NCBI GenBank assembly: GCA_021802765.1
Contig: JAJZRI010000001.1
Location: 211,509-275,508 of the forward strand
From: Candidatus Micrarchaeota archaeon
GTDB taxonomy: Archaea; Micrarchaeota; Micrarchaeia; Micrarchaeales; CABMGC01
Direction: 5' to 3'
DNA: 64,000 nt
The stretch's first letter is position 1; every line of letters starts with the position of its first letter. Made by a program: the position numbers and the translations under genes. Positions 17,572-27,376 of this stretch are shown here, piece by piece. The notes below the pieces were generated by a model. That model saw only the letters and a list, made by a program, of their open reading frames with translations, had not been told where the DNA came from and did no database searches.

Positions 17572-19560
17572 TCAATCGTTGGACTTCGGTATGTTGTGAT
17601 TGCGTAGGCGGTGACTTATAAGCAGATAGCCCGTGCCAGCTAAAATAAGCACGATTGCAAATACGGCAATGTCCAGGTCAGATATCACAAGGATCTTTGC
17701 GACTGATCCCATTGATGATGTAGCGGATATTACTTCTCCGCCGTAATTTGCGGTTGCATGGACCTGACCGTACGGCACATCCAGGAAGGTAAGCGATCCG
17801 TCAGGCCCCGAATATCCGCTATAGGATGTGCCATTAGCAAATCGCACAGTAACAGGCACATTTACAGGTATTCCAAATATATCAGTAGCACGTATCTCCG
17901 CATGATATATGGGCAACTGCACGGTTATGTTTGACGGTCCTGTGATGTTTTCAGTACGATTAATTCCCAATGTAACGCCTTTGTAGATTGCAAAAGAGAG
18001 ATTGTACGGGTGATTGTTGAATAAGAATACGGATCCGTTCGTCTGCATTGCGCCTATGTCGAATATCTCACCGGATACCGGATTCCCATACGCATCTGTT
18101 CCAAGCAGAGTTGCCCTTGACTGGTTAAGGAATATCGCATCTAGAAAGATTGGGCTTGACATTCGGATGTTAAGTGAAGCGCTACTGTTGCCGTTGCTCC
18201 ACGAATAGAATGCCTGACGTGTGTTGCTGCCTGTGCTATGATTCAATATTGGGAGGGATAGTGTTGCAGTCGAATTCTGGTACTTCCATCCGGAGCCGAT
18301 TACCCTACCAAACGGTGACGAAGCATTTAGCAGGTACTGTTTTTTCCATGTTGCATTTATCGAGTACGGCTGCGACATGCGCAGAGTGGAATGCTGCGCC
18401 GTCTCACCGTTGCTCCATCCGCTGAAGTTCCACCTCGTCCCGCGATTAAGATATATGTCGCTCGGGTTAACAGAATAATTAACAGTGCTATTGGTGTTGT
18501 ACCACCCAGAACCGCTGGTCCTTCCGAATTCTGAAGATAGATTTAACAAGTACTGAAGGTTCCAATTTGCAGTCTCGGTAACGTTACCGAAAAGTGTTAT
18601 GGTCGCCTGTGGCAATGATCCAGAGTATGAACCGGGCCCTTCTCCGGACCAGTTTAAGAAAGCCGCCCTGGAATTGGTATTGAGATATACCACGCTCGGA
18701 GCAGATAGGGCTATGTCACGATATGCGAGATATTGGTTGGTTCCGGAGATGTTGCCGTAATTAGAATGTATGTTAAGATTGAATCCGAATTGCCACAGTT
18801 CAGTCCCGTCAGCAAGATGGGGAAGGCCGGATCCTACGCCAAAGTAGTTTACCTTGTTTTGCATCTCAGCCACGCCGTATGGATTTGGGATGGTTGACGC
18901 GCTGCCAACACCGTAGCCTATGTACGAATAGCCCCTTACGACATTTAGGTATCTGCCGAAGCTCATGAAGGATAAGTTTGAGAATGTGACAGGCTTTAGG
19001 AAGGTGTTTGGATTTGAAGTGTTGGCCACCTCTGCAAATGCCACAGGTCCGTTGTTCCCTGAATTATTTGACCCGAGATTGACAGAACCGAGCGTCTGAT
19101 TGTCCATGAAAAAGTACCAGGCGTTGCCCTTTGAATAGAAGCCATAGGTATGGAGGCTGCCTCCAGTGCCTACTGAATCGTTGGGGCCTATAGCACCCAT
19201 GAAGGCATTGTCCGACGAGCCCGGATTGAAGTATTCATAGAACCATTCAGTGGATCCGGCTGCAAGATAGGTTCTCTGCGAGCAACCAGAGGATGTGCAG
19301 AACGAAGGATAGAGTCCGCTCCTGTTTGTTATGAGATACCCGACCTGTAGGAATGCGCCATTGGCAATATTCTCGCCGACCCAGTAGGCTATTGATCCGG
19401 ACATTGGGGTTTGATTGGTAAGGGTCTGCACGGTCACCTTCGCACCGGTGTTGTAATAGGCAGTCTGACCAGAGCGCGCCCCGAACTGAAACCAGTATTG
19501 GGAATGCGCCACGTTTGCAAATAGTAACAGCAGAAGTATTGCGAAACTATATCCTTTCAT
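17572..19560 (-). CDS. Large secreted, C-terminally anchored surface protein (G1/eqolisin-peptidase-like N-domain plus thermopsin-type repeats)
   Basis: Signal peptide; YWVG..FLQVGY, WFYEY, FAEV; repeated W..QY.L..S.FG...GSGWY and F..WS units; C-terminal TM. Confidence 0.7.
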   Translation of the reverse strand: MKGYSFAILLLLLFANVAHSQYWFQFGARSGQTAYYNTGAKVTVQTLTNQTPMSGSIAYWVGENIANGAFLQVGYLITNRSGLYPSFCTSSGCSQRTYLAAGSTEWFYEYFNPGSSDNAFMGAIGPNDSVGTGGSLHTYGFYSKGNAWYFFMDNQTLGSVNLGSNNSGNNGPVAFAEVANTSNPNTFLKPVTFSNLSFMSFGRYLNVVRGYSYIGYGVGSASTIPNPYGVAEMQNKVNYFGVGSGLPHLADGTELWQFGFNLNIHSNYGNISGTNQYLAYRDIALSAPSVVYLNTNSRAAFLNWSGEGPGSYSGSLPQATITLFGNVTETANWNLQYLLNLSSEFGRTSGSGWYNTNSTVNYSVNPSDIYLNRGTRWNFSGWSNGETAQHSTLRMSQPYSINATWKKQYLLNASSPFGRVIGSGWKYQNSTATLSLPILNHSTGSNTRQAFYSWSNGNSSASLNIRMSSPIFLDAIFLNQSRATLLGTDAYGNPVSGEIFDIGAMQTNGSVFLFNNHPYNLSFAIYKGVTLGINRTENITGPSNITVQLPIYHAEIRATDIFGIPVNVPVTVRFANGTSYSGYSGPDGSLTFLDVPYGQVHATANYGGEVISATSSMGSVAKILVISDLDIAVFAIVLILAGTGYLLISHRLRNHNIPKSND

Positions 19561-20356
19561 AGCCTATCCCGATATCCTCGAGTTTTTTTATTATGGCAGA
19601 CCTCTGGCCCGATTTTATGCTTTTCCAGTCCATCACAGCCATCTCCGCAGGCTCCGAAGACTTAGCTATCGCCTGCTCCAGCATCTCTATATTATCTGTA
19701 CCGTCTGGATTTAATATTGCGTGCTTGGGCATCATGTGCGAAAATGCATAGCCCTTCTCAAGAGCTAGTGCGGTAAAGCGCCCGGGATAATGGGTACTGC
19801 CTATTCCGACCACTACCTTGGCTGCTTTCTCATTCTCCTCGCCTGCTACATGAGATTTGCAAAACGAGTGCACTACTCCGGCGAGCCTTGCGGCAAACTT
19901 TGCGCTGTTTATCGTCTCTTCATTGCCCCCAAATTCAGCAAAAAGGGCAGGCACAGAAAGCACTGGACCATGGTGCGTTGCCTCGTATGTAATTGCTATG
20001 TCATTGCGACTTTCATTGAGTAAGCGAAGTATTGATAGCATCGGCGAGGGCGCGGAGATTGATAATGTCCTTGGCATGCCGCCAAGACTTGCCTGCGGGC
20101 CCCAATTGCCCATCGGGTGCACAGTCATTGCTGGCGTTCCCGATGAGCTGCTGTGCCTGCTCATAAATATGACAAGAGTCGCATCTTCAGGGCTTAGGCC
20201 TTTTGCGATAGGAAGGGGCGAATCCAGTATCTGCAGTCGTATTCCCTCACCGCAATAGGTATTCCCTCCGGTGTCCTCAAGGCCTGCAATGGAGATGAAT
20301 GCCTTTGCCGCATTTGCAGATGCAATGTCTTGGGAAGAGCATGCAACAAGTATCAT
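19547..20356 (-). CDS. dtdA: Archaeal D-aminoacyl-tRNA deacylase
   Basis: S.QD.AS, SRHSS..G.P.MTVH..GN, YEATHHGP, G.GSTHY, SHMMPK, DWKS. Confidence 0.92.
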   Translation of the reverse strand: MILVACSSQDIASANAAKAFISIAGLEDTGGNTYCGEGIRLQILDSPLPIAKGLSPEDATLVIFMSRHSSSSGTPAMTVHPMGNWGPQASLGGMPRTLSISAPSPMLSILRLLNESRNDIAITYEATHHGPVLSVPALFAEFGGNEETINSAKFAARLAGVVHSFCKSHVAGEENEKAAKVVVGIGSTHYPGRFTALALEKGYAFSHMMPKHAILNPDGTDNIEMLEQAIAKSSEPAEMAVMDWKSIKSGQRSAIIKKLEDIGIGYERI

Positions 20357-20500
20357 GATTATCTTAAATGATGCAAATAGATAAAACAGCTGCGCATTAC
20401 GGCAAATAGACGACTGTAAAGGCTGCTTGAGGTCCGAAGAGATAGGTTATTTATTAGTATTGGTCTCATTAAGTTATAGACTAATTATAAGCGTGATTGA

Positions 20501-21244
20501 ATGTTTGAGCTTAAGATTGACAATGCTAAATATTGGAGGGACTGTGTAGAATCTATAGTGAGTCTTGTTGACGAAGGTATGTTCAACATAACAAAGGATG
20601 GCATTGGCTTAAAGGCCATGGATCCTTCAAGCATAAGTATGGTTTCATTCTTCATGCCAAGCAAATCGTTCTCAAAGTATTCCGTAGAAAAGAATGCTGG
20701 AATAGGGCTGAACATAGAGAACCTGAGCAAGATATTGCAAAGGACCAGGGATGGGGAGGCGCTCGTCATGCGCGATGTTGACAATAAGCTTCTGCTGGAA
20801 TTCATAGGGCCGGGAAGCAGGAGGAGATACAAGCTGCAGATGATAGACGTGAAGAAGAGCGTAGAGAAGGAGCCGAGCGTTCAGTTCGATGCGCATATAG
20901 ACATAGTCGGGGAACCTTTAAAGGACATGATAAAGGACGCGAGCATGCTCTCGTCATACATAGCATTCAAGGCCTCCAAGGACCAATTTGTAGTAAGTGC
21001 AAGAGGAGACTCCGGCGAGCTTGAGGAACTGCATGAGAAGGACGGCGCCTTTATGAAGGCTGCCAACGTGCAAAAAAATGCGGATGCGACCTTCAACCTC
21101 GACTTCCTTGAGAAGATGGTGAGATCCTGCCCTATAGGGAGCCATATAGGCATAGACCTCAAGTCCAACGAGCCCATGAAGTTGAACTACAACATAGGCG
21201 ATTCGAGCATAACATACTTCCTTGCGCCCTACATGGAAGAGTAA
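20501..21244 (+). CDS. pcn: DNA polymerase sliding clamp PCNA
   Basis: AMDPSSISMV, C-terminal YFLAP; 247 aa. Confidence 0.96.
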   Translation: MFELKIDNAKYWRDCVESIVSLVDEGMFNITKDGIGLKAMDPSSISMVSFFMPSKSFSKYSVEKNAGIGLNIENLSKILQRTRDGEALVMRDVDNKLLLEFIGPGSRRRYKLQMIDVKKSVEKEPSVQFDAHIDIVGEPLKDMIKDASMLSSYIAFKASKDQFVVSARGDSGELEELHEKDGAFMKAANVQKNADATFNLDFLEKMVRSCPIGSHIGIDLKSNEPMKLNYNIGDSSITYFLAPYMEE

Positions 21245-21254
21245 GGTAGCCTTC

Positions 21255-21518
21255 ATGGAGATAGAAGAAAGAGTAAAGAAGAACATAGCTATTTTTAAGG
21301 AGAACGAGAAGCGTGTGGCAGTGCTTGAGCTTGGACCGGATGAAAAAGAGGTCGTGGAGCTCGCAAAGATGTATGCAAGCGATACGGAGGCCTGGATCAA
21401 GAAAGGGGATTATGTGACAGCGTTCTCAAGCATAGAGTACGCGCATGGGCTACTTGATGCGATATTGAAGATAAACGGTGCAGATCCATATGAACACGAG
21501 ACGGATACGGGAGGGTAA
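21255..21518 (+). CDS. DUF357 family protein
   Basis: AKMYASD....KKGDYVTAF....YAHGLLDA. Confidence 0.88.
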   Translation: MEIEERVKKNIAIFKENEKRVAVLELGPDEKEVVELAKMYASDTEAWIKKGDYVTAFSSIEYAHGLLDAILKINGADPYEHETDTGG

Positions 21519-22569
21519 AGCTACAATAAGCTTGTCTGACGGCATATTTTACAATACTGAGATGTCCGAGCTCAGGGACATATCCGTGCTCTTCATACGG
21601 GCCATTGGCGCGAAGGACAAGAGAGTGCTTGATGCAACTGCGGCAACTGGGGTGAGGGCGATAAGGTACGGTCTTGAGGCAAAAGCAAACGACATTACCG
21701 CACTTGATATGAACGCGTCTGCTGCCAGGCTTGCGAAGAGAAATGTTCGCATGAATGGACTGAAGTTTGAGGTAATAAATACTAGCCTGCAGGAGTTTGC
21801 AAATGCGTCAAGGAAGAAGTTTGACATAATCGATTTTGACCCGTTTGGAAGCCCTGCACCGGGCATAAATGACCTTATGCGGCTCTCGGAAGACGGCACG
21901 GTATTGATGATAACTGCCACGGACACCGCAGTACTATGCGGAGCGCATGAGGCTGCATGCGTAAAGGTATATGGAGCAAAGCCACTTCACAATGAGATGT
22001 GCAAGGAGGCTGGAATAAGGATGTTGATAGCCTACATCGCAAGAGTTGCGGCCGGATTCAATTTTGGCACCCAGGCAATCCTATCCATATCCGACAAGCA
22101 CTACATGCGGGTATTTTTGCGATTGCAATATGGAGCAAAGAACGCGGCGGCATCCATTAAGGGGACTGGACTTGGAGCATTCTGCAGGCAGTGCTACTCA
22201 TTTAGATTTGGCACCGGACCGGCTCCGCTTATCTCGCCAGAATGCCCAAAGTGCAAAGGCAGGTCGGAGGCGTTCGGCCCGCTGTGGCTGGGCAGAATGC
22301 AAGATAAAACGTTTATTGAGACGATGCTAAAACTTGGGGATGCGCCATTGGTCAGGCAGGCTCTGGAGGAGCCTGATACCATGATGCTCTTCTCCATACC
22401 ACACATGACCGAGAAGTTGGGGTTTAGCTCAGTATCAAAATACAAGGTGATTGAGATATTGCGCGCTGAAGGCTACCTTGCCACAAAAACACAGTTCAGC
22501 AAAGAAGGAATAAAAACAGATGCAGATATACGGGAGGTTCTAAGGGCAGTAAAGAAGGCAAGGACGTAG
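21490..22569 (+). CDS. trm1: tRNA (guanine26-N2)-dimethyltransferase
   Basis: FYN..M...RD, ATGVRAIRY, DFDPFGSP, TATDTAVLCG, Zn ribbon, GPLWLG. Confidence 0.95.
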   Translation: MNTRRIREGKATISLSDGIFYNTEMSELRDISVLFIRAIGAKDKRVLDATAATGVRAIRYGLEAKANDITALDMNASAARLAKRNVRMNGLKFEVINTSLQEFANASRKKFDIIDFDPFGSPAPGINDLMRLSEDGTVLMITATDTAVLCGAHEAACVKVYGAKPLHNEMCKEAGIRMLIAYIARVAAGFNFGTQAILSISDKHYMRVFLRLQYGAKNAAASIKGTGLGAFCRQCYSFRFGTGPAPLISPECPKCKGRSEAFGPLWLGRMQDKTFIETMLKLGDAPLVRQALEEPDTMMLFSIPHMTEKLGFSSVSKYKVIEILRAEGYLATKTQFSKEGIKTDADIREVLRAVKKART

Positions 22570-22575
22570 GTGTAA

Positions 22576-23457
22576 TCAAGGCGTTATAGTTGTGCCGGAT
22601 CCCCCAGACACTACTAAGGCCGCACTGTCCATCGAACCTATTGATGCTGGTCGCTTTCTGTGCATTACAAAGGAGAGGCATGCACGCACCTTTGGAGCCA
22701 TGCTACCCTGTTCAAATTGGCCGGCATTTAAATATTCCTCCAGTTCCCTTGTCCTGATGCGCCTTAATAGTTTCTCGCCCCTGCGCTTGAAATTTATGAA
22801 TACGCCATCGACATTTGTAAGTATTATGAAATGATCTGCAGATATCTGACTGGCAAGCAGGGACGATGCGCTGTCCTTGTCTATCACCGCATCTGCAAAG
22901 CGAAGTCCTTGGCCGCTATCAAATACAGGTATGCCTCCACCGCCACAGGCTATTACTATGTGACCGGACCAAAGAAGCTTGATTATTGTACTTCGCCCAA
23001 TTATGTCCTTGGCCTCTGGAGATGGCACAACCCTACGGTATCCGTTTATGAGTTTCTTCATGTGCATCCCAGTTCTTGACATTCTTGCAGCCTCACTGCT
23101 CCGGTAAAATCTGCCTATTGGCTTGGCTGGATTCCTAAAAGCCGGATCCATTCGGTCCACAAGCGTCCTTGTGAGCATTATTTCAGGTATAGAATCGCTA
23201 GCGCGAATCCTAAGTCGCCTTAGCTCGTTTGAGATCCTACTGGATATGTTGAGACCTATCCATGCCTGGGTCTGCGCCGTGAGGACTGCCAGGTTTTCGT
23301 GTTCTGCTATTGCTAGCGCGCCGACCTGCGGACCGTTGCCGTGAGTTACGACTACCTGGTCGCCCTTAGCATATAGTCTGGCAATAACTTTTGCAGCCTT
23401 GGACATTGCCGTATTGTCGTCGAGAGCATTACCGCCCAGCGCTATAAGATACCTCAT
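22576..23457 (-). CDS. arcC: Carbamate kinase
   Basis: ALGGNAL, THGNGPQVG, DPAF.NP.KPIG, RRVVPSP, GGGGIP, VIDKD, GSMAPKV. Confidence 0.93.
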   Translation of the reverse strand: MRYLIALGGNALDDNTAMSKAAKVIARLYAKGDQVVVTHGNGPQVGALAIAEHENLAVLTAQTQAWIGLNISSRISNELRRLRIRASDSIPEIMLTRTLVDRMDPAFRNPAKPIGRFYRSSEAARMSRTGMHMKKLINGYRRVVPSPEAKDIIGRSTIIKLLWSGHIVIACGGGGIPVFDSGQGLRFADAVIDKDSASSLLASQISADHFIILTNVDGVFINFKRRGEKLLRRIRTRELEEYLNAGQFEQGSMAPKVRACLSFVMHRKRPASIGSMDSAALVVSGGSGTTITP

Positions 23458-23561
23458 CTTACCATTCCGCATTTTTTGTTTTTATGGAATAACGCAATGT
23501 ATAAATATAAGGAGAATGGTAATACTACTTTGCTAGGGTTGGGGAACCTCGGTGGGTAACA

Positions 23562-23948
23562 ATGGGAGATTTTGAATATGGAATTGGTGAGAATGGGTAC
23601 TGCGAAAATGCGACTTTGTTCGATCAGAAGGTAACTGCATCGGACGGCATCGTGCGTGGCGTGGCTGATTCTGAAAGACAGGATCTGACACACCTTGTGG
23701 AGAATAGCTGCATGTCGTGCAACAAGCTGCTAGGTCGCAAGGAGATAAAAGTCGTTCCGCCTAGATACGTGCAGGAGAGGGACCAGTACGTCAAGTCCGG
23801 AGCGGTGCTTAGGCGAATAATGTGTGTCGAGTGCTACAACACGCTAAAGACGGTCACAAAAAGCAGGATAAGATATAGAGACACTGCGGTATCACGCAGA
23901 AAGTTCCTGATAAGGTCGATTATAAATAACATACTACTAAAGCAGTAG
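23562..23948 (+). CDS. Hypothetical zinc-finger protein
   Basis: CMSC...CVEC pairs. Confidence 0.65.
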   Translation: MGDFEYGIGENGYCENATLFDQKVTASDGIVRGVADSERQDLTHLVENSCMSCNKLLGRKEIKVVPPRYVQERDQYVKSGAVLRRIMCVECYNTLKTVTKSRIRYRDTAVSRRKFLIRSIINNILLKQ

Positions 23949-23967
23949 GTACTAAAGCAGTAGAGGC

Positions 23968-24279
23968 CTATCTGCGCCTTCTTTTGACGTGACCTTTCTT
24001 TACGGCGGGCCTTGGCGCAGAGGCTCTTGATGCGTGCCTTTGCATGACGTCGAACAGAATCCATGCCAGGACCGACCAGATCAGAATATCGACAGCGAAG
24101 TTAAAGTAATTTATGAACCATGGGTTGTAGATCGGTGCTATTACCCTTTGTGTGAGCCATGTAAGAGGATATCCGAAGTTGGTCGCACCGATTAGCTGCA
24201 GCGTGCTGGCATAACCAGTCAGCAGGGTTATTAGTACCCCTAAGAGAACGGCTATGACCTTCAACTTCAGCTTGTACAT
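23968..24279 (-). CDS. Small membrane protein
   Basis: Two TM segments, GYPLTW motif, basic tail. Confidence 0.65.
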   Translation of the reverse strand: MYKLKLKVIAVLLGVLITLLTGYASTLQLIGATNFGYPLTWLTQRVIAPIYNPWFINYFNFAVDILIWSVLAWILFDVMQRHASRASAPRPAVKKGHVKRRRR

Positions 24280-24349
24280 GATAGAATATCTGCACAAATA
24301 GGATTAAAAAGATTCCTCAAGAGAACCCTACGAATCCGATGAGACCAAC

Positions 24350-25396
24350 TCAGGGATTTATGGGTGGGGAATTGCCATAGGGATATATCCATACTTGGCC
24401 TGCTCCTCCGGCGCCGGAGTCCTGTTGTGCCGCGCCTCCGGCAACACTGTAGCTTCCAGGTGTGAATCCTCCAGATCCATATGAAAATATCACTACCCCA
24501 CCACCGCCGCCTCCGCCCGAGTCTCTTCCTTCACCTAAAAGAGATTGAAGTCCAGATGCGTTCACCGATCCGGCAACTATCGCTCTGCCTTGAAGGTATA
24601 TTCCATAAGAACCACTAGCGCCTGGGGATCCGCCTGAATCAGTACACGGTACAAAGCTATTGATATTTGAGACGATTCCGCCGGGCACGGTCGTTGAGCC
24701 GCCTGCGCCTCCAGACTTATTTAAGGCGCATGCACCGCCGCCCCCTGCTCCAGTAAGATAATTTATGAATCCACTATTAAACCAGGAAGATATCTTTGTG
24801 TTGCTTAGCGAAGCGTTTCCAGCAATAGAGCCGCTTTCAGACTGGCCCCCGCCACCTCCGCCAGCGCCGCCTGAGCCTCCGTATGAATTTGGATAATTCT
24901 TGCCGACAGTACTTTCCGGCGCGCTATCACCAGGATTTCCGGCATTGATTTGCCCTTGATTATTGAGAGTGCCTCCGGCAATTATGCTGTGCCCATTTGT
25001 GGTCACCGTGACCCCATTTTGTATTATAACATTGCCAGTAGTACCTATATTGCCTGTGAGTGTAATATTCGAAATGTATTTTACGTCTCCGGAGAATGCC
25101 ATGCCATTTGAGGGGTTGCTTATAACTGTGGTTGTAACAATAGTGGTTGTTGAATATGCGTGCGTGGCGGGGGCGGATTTCCAGAAGTGCAGCACTATAT
25201 AGGCAAGGATAAATAGTATAAGCAGTATAAGCAGGATTTTGAGATAGGGACGCACCTCCTCAAAGAGGATGCTCTCGGCCTGCTGTTCGTCTTCTGCAGG
25301 CAGAGTATTCTCATAGCTTGGCTCGAATTTTGCGCCGCAGTGACTGCAATACCTTGCGTTTTCTGGATTTTCGGTATCGCATTTGGGGCAGATCAT
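24350..25396 (-). CDS. Zinc-ribbon, single-TM protein with glycine-rich extracellular domain
   Basis: CPKC..N...A.YCSHCG, one TM, Thr-rich linker, GGSGGAGGGGGG-type repeats. Confidence 0.8.
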   Translation of the reverse strand: MICPKCDTENPENARYCSHCGAKFEPSYENTLPAEDEQQAESILFEEVRPYLKILLILLILFILAYIVLHFWKSAPATHAYSTTTIVTTTVISNPSNGMAFSGDVKYISNITLTGNIGTTGNVIIQNGVTVTTNGHSIIAGGTLNNQGQINAGNPGDSAPESTVGKNYPNSYGGSGGAGGGGGGQSESGSIAGNASLSNTKISSWFNSGFINYLTGAGGGGACALNKSGGAGGSTTVPGGIVSNINSFVPCTDSGGSPGASGSYGIYLQGRAIVAGSVNASGLQSLLGEGRDSGGGGGGGVVIFSYGSGGFTPGSYSVAGGAAQQDSGAGGAGQVWIYPYGNSPPINP

Positions 25397-25516
25397 CCTA
25401 ATCCCTAAGAAGCTGGGATTATAATTACTTAAAGTTTTCCACAAGCTTTCCAAAGAATATATAGGATAAGCTATATGTTTATATACTCTTGCCGTCATTC
25501 TTTTGGATGTGATAAT

Positions 25517-25690
25517 ATGAAGGACGTAAAGATAAAAGCAACTAAGAATGGGCCAGATTTGGTCGTAGTTGACGGGACAGTGCAGTTCGCACTATGCAGA
25601 TGCGGCCACTCGAAGAACAAGCCATTCTGTGACGGAGCGCACCATGCAGCAAAGTTTGAAGCGGAAGAGAAGGAACTTGAGATAAAATAA
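25517..25690 (+). CDS. CDGSH iron-sulfur domain protein
   Basis: NGP..V, LCRCGHSKNKPFCDGAH. Confidence 0.92.
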   Translation: MKDVKIKATKNGPDLVVVDGTVQFALCRCGHSKNKPFCDGAHHAAKFEAEEKELEIK

Positions 25691-25780
25691 TAATGGTGCC
25701 AAATTTACGCCTTGCCTTTGTCCTGAAAGCCAATGGCAAGGCTTTTAATAATAAATATGGTATAGTAATCAGGGATATCC

Positions 25781-25921
25781 ATGGAAGCATATTGTGTTAA
25801 GTGCAAAGCAAAGAGAGAGATGAAGGACGCAAAGCAGGTAACAATGAAGAATGGAAAGAAGGCAATGGCAGGAGTCTGCCCTGTCTGCGGAACCAAGATG
25901 TTCAAAATAGGAGGCGCCTAA
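25781..25921 (+). CDS. DUF5679-like small basic zinc-ribbon protein (46 aa, not in ORF track)
   Basis: Hand translation MEAYCVKCKAKREMKDAKQVTMKNGKKAMAGVCPVCGTKMFKIGGA*. Confidence 0.88.
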   Translation: MEAYCVKCKAKREMKDAKQVTMKNGKKAMAGVCPVCGTKMFKIGGA

Positions 25922-25971
25922 ACTCTCGGCTTACAGGTTTTGTTTGGGCCGTTTCTTTATCGGCCTTTGTT

Positions 25972-26475
25972 CTATTTCTGTATTTTTACTACTTCTACTG
26001 TGAAAATTAGGGTCTGTCCTGCAAGAGGCGAATTGAAGTCCACAGTTGCGTTGGTCTTGTTTACCTCAGTAACGATACCTTGCATCTGCTGGCCTTTGGC
26101 ATTGTACGAAACGTGCATCCCCACAGTAGGGGTAAGATTGCCGAATTGAGATATTGGGACGGTTACTATTAAGGTAGGGTTAACTGCCCCGTAGGCCTGC
26201 GCCGCAGGTATCGTTATAGTCTTGTTCTGATTAAGCTTCATTCCGATTACGCCTTGGTCGAATCCTGCTATCATCTGCCCCGCGCCTACTGTGAAGTTAA
26301 GCGGTTCCTTTCCTACATTAGTGTCGAACACAGTACCGTTAACCAGCTTTCCAGTATAATAAACACTTATATTATCCCCTTTTGCCACTACGGGCGGATT
26401 GTTTGCTTCCAAATAAATCACGATTATCAAAATTGCTACAGCAAGTGCTGCGGCTATTATGTAGCTTTGCTTCAA
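25972..26475 (-). CDS. FKBP-type peptidyl-prolyl isomerase (SlyD-like, membrane anchored)
   Basis: YTGKL.NGTVFDT, VGAGQMIAGF, AYG, DFNSPLAGQTL.F. Confidence 0.92.
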   Translation of the reverse strand: MKQSYIIAAALAVAILIIVIYLEANNPPVVAKGDNISVYYTGKLVNGTVFDTNVGKEPLNFTVGAGQMIAGFDQGVIGMKLNQNKTITIPAAQAYGAVNPTLIVTVPISQFGNLTPTVGMHVSYNAKGQQMQGIVTEVNKTNATVDFNSPLAGQTLIFTVEVVKIQK

Positions 26476-26573
26476 GAAATCCCCGAATGCTCTTCTCTAC
26501 TCGTATAATTAATTTAAACGTTTCTATTTAACAGCCTTATTAAAATCTGTAGCAGCATAATGCATTGATAGAC

Positions 26574-27269
26574 ATGTGCAGAATGTTTGCGTACGTTGGA
26601 GACTCAAACAAGGAGCTTATGCAACTTTACTCTGCACTGAAGAAAGCCGCTGAGCACGATCCAATTGCCGAAAGGCTTGGGGTTGGGTTCAAAAGCCATG
26701 GGGATGGGTGGGGATACGTGATTGCAGGGGATGATGGATCCTTGTACCATTACAGAACGGCTAAAGCGATATATGAAGATTTGCACGAAGTGCCAAAGAT
26801 TAACGGCAATTTTAGCGCAATATTTCATGTTAGGAAGGCAAGTGACAATACAACGATAAGACCTTCGTTTTCACATCCGTTACTTGAAGACAATGAACGG
26901 GAGCTAATATTCTTCGCACACAACGGATCCATAAAGAAAGAGCCCTTGGCAAAGGAACTTGGATTTGATGGGGTGGCCATAGATAGCGAGCTTGCTGCAA
27001 AGCTGTTTGCAAGGGATGGGATTAGATGTATGCGTTTGCTTGAGAAGAACACAAAGTCGGCGCTGAATCTGCTTATAATGAGCATAGACAGAAAGACAGG
27101 TAAAGTAAAAATCAGCTACAAGAATTATTACGTCAAGAAGGACAGATCTGAGTTCTATGACCTTTACTACAAGAAGCTTGATAACGGCAGGGCAGTATAT
27201 TCATCTACGCTAGACCTGCTTGGACTGAACGGAAATAAGGTTGCTGGGGATGGACTTGGTCGCTTGTAA
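26574..27269 (+). CDS. Class II glutamine amidotransferase family protein
   Basis: N-terminal MCRM, HGDGWG, HVRKAS, HP, FAHNG, DSE. Confidence 0.9.
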   Translation: MCRMFAYVGDSNKELMQLYSALKKAAEHDPIAERLGVGFKSHGDGWGYVIAGDDGSLYHYRTAKAIYEDLHEVPKINGNFSAIFHVRKASDNTTIRPSFSHPLLEDNERELIFFAHNGSIKKEPLAKELGFDGVAIDSELAAKLFARDGIRCMRLLEKNTKSALNLLIMSIDRKTGKVKISYKNYYVKKDRSEFYDLYYKKLDNGRAVYSSTLDLLGLNGNKVAGDGLGRL

Positions 27270-27376
27270 TTCATTGCGCAATAGCACTGAGTGCATGGTT
27301 GCATCGTGGTCGGGATATAGCAAGTTTAAGCATTCGCAGAAGGTTTTCCCACATTTGTTAAATATGTTGAATAAAT

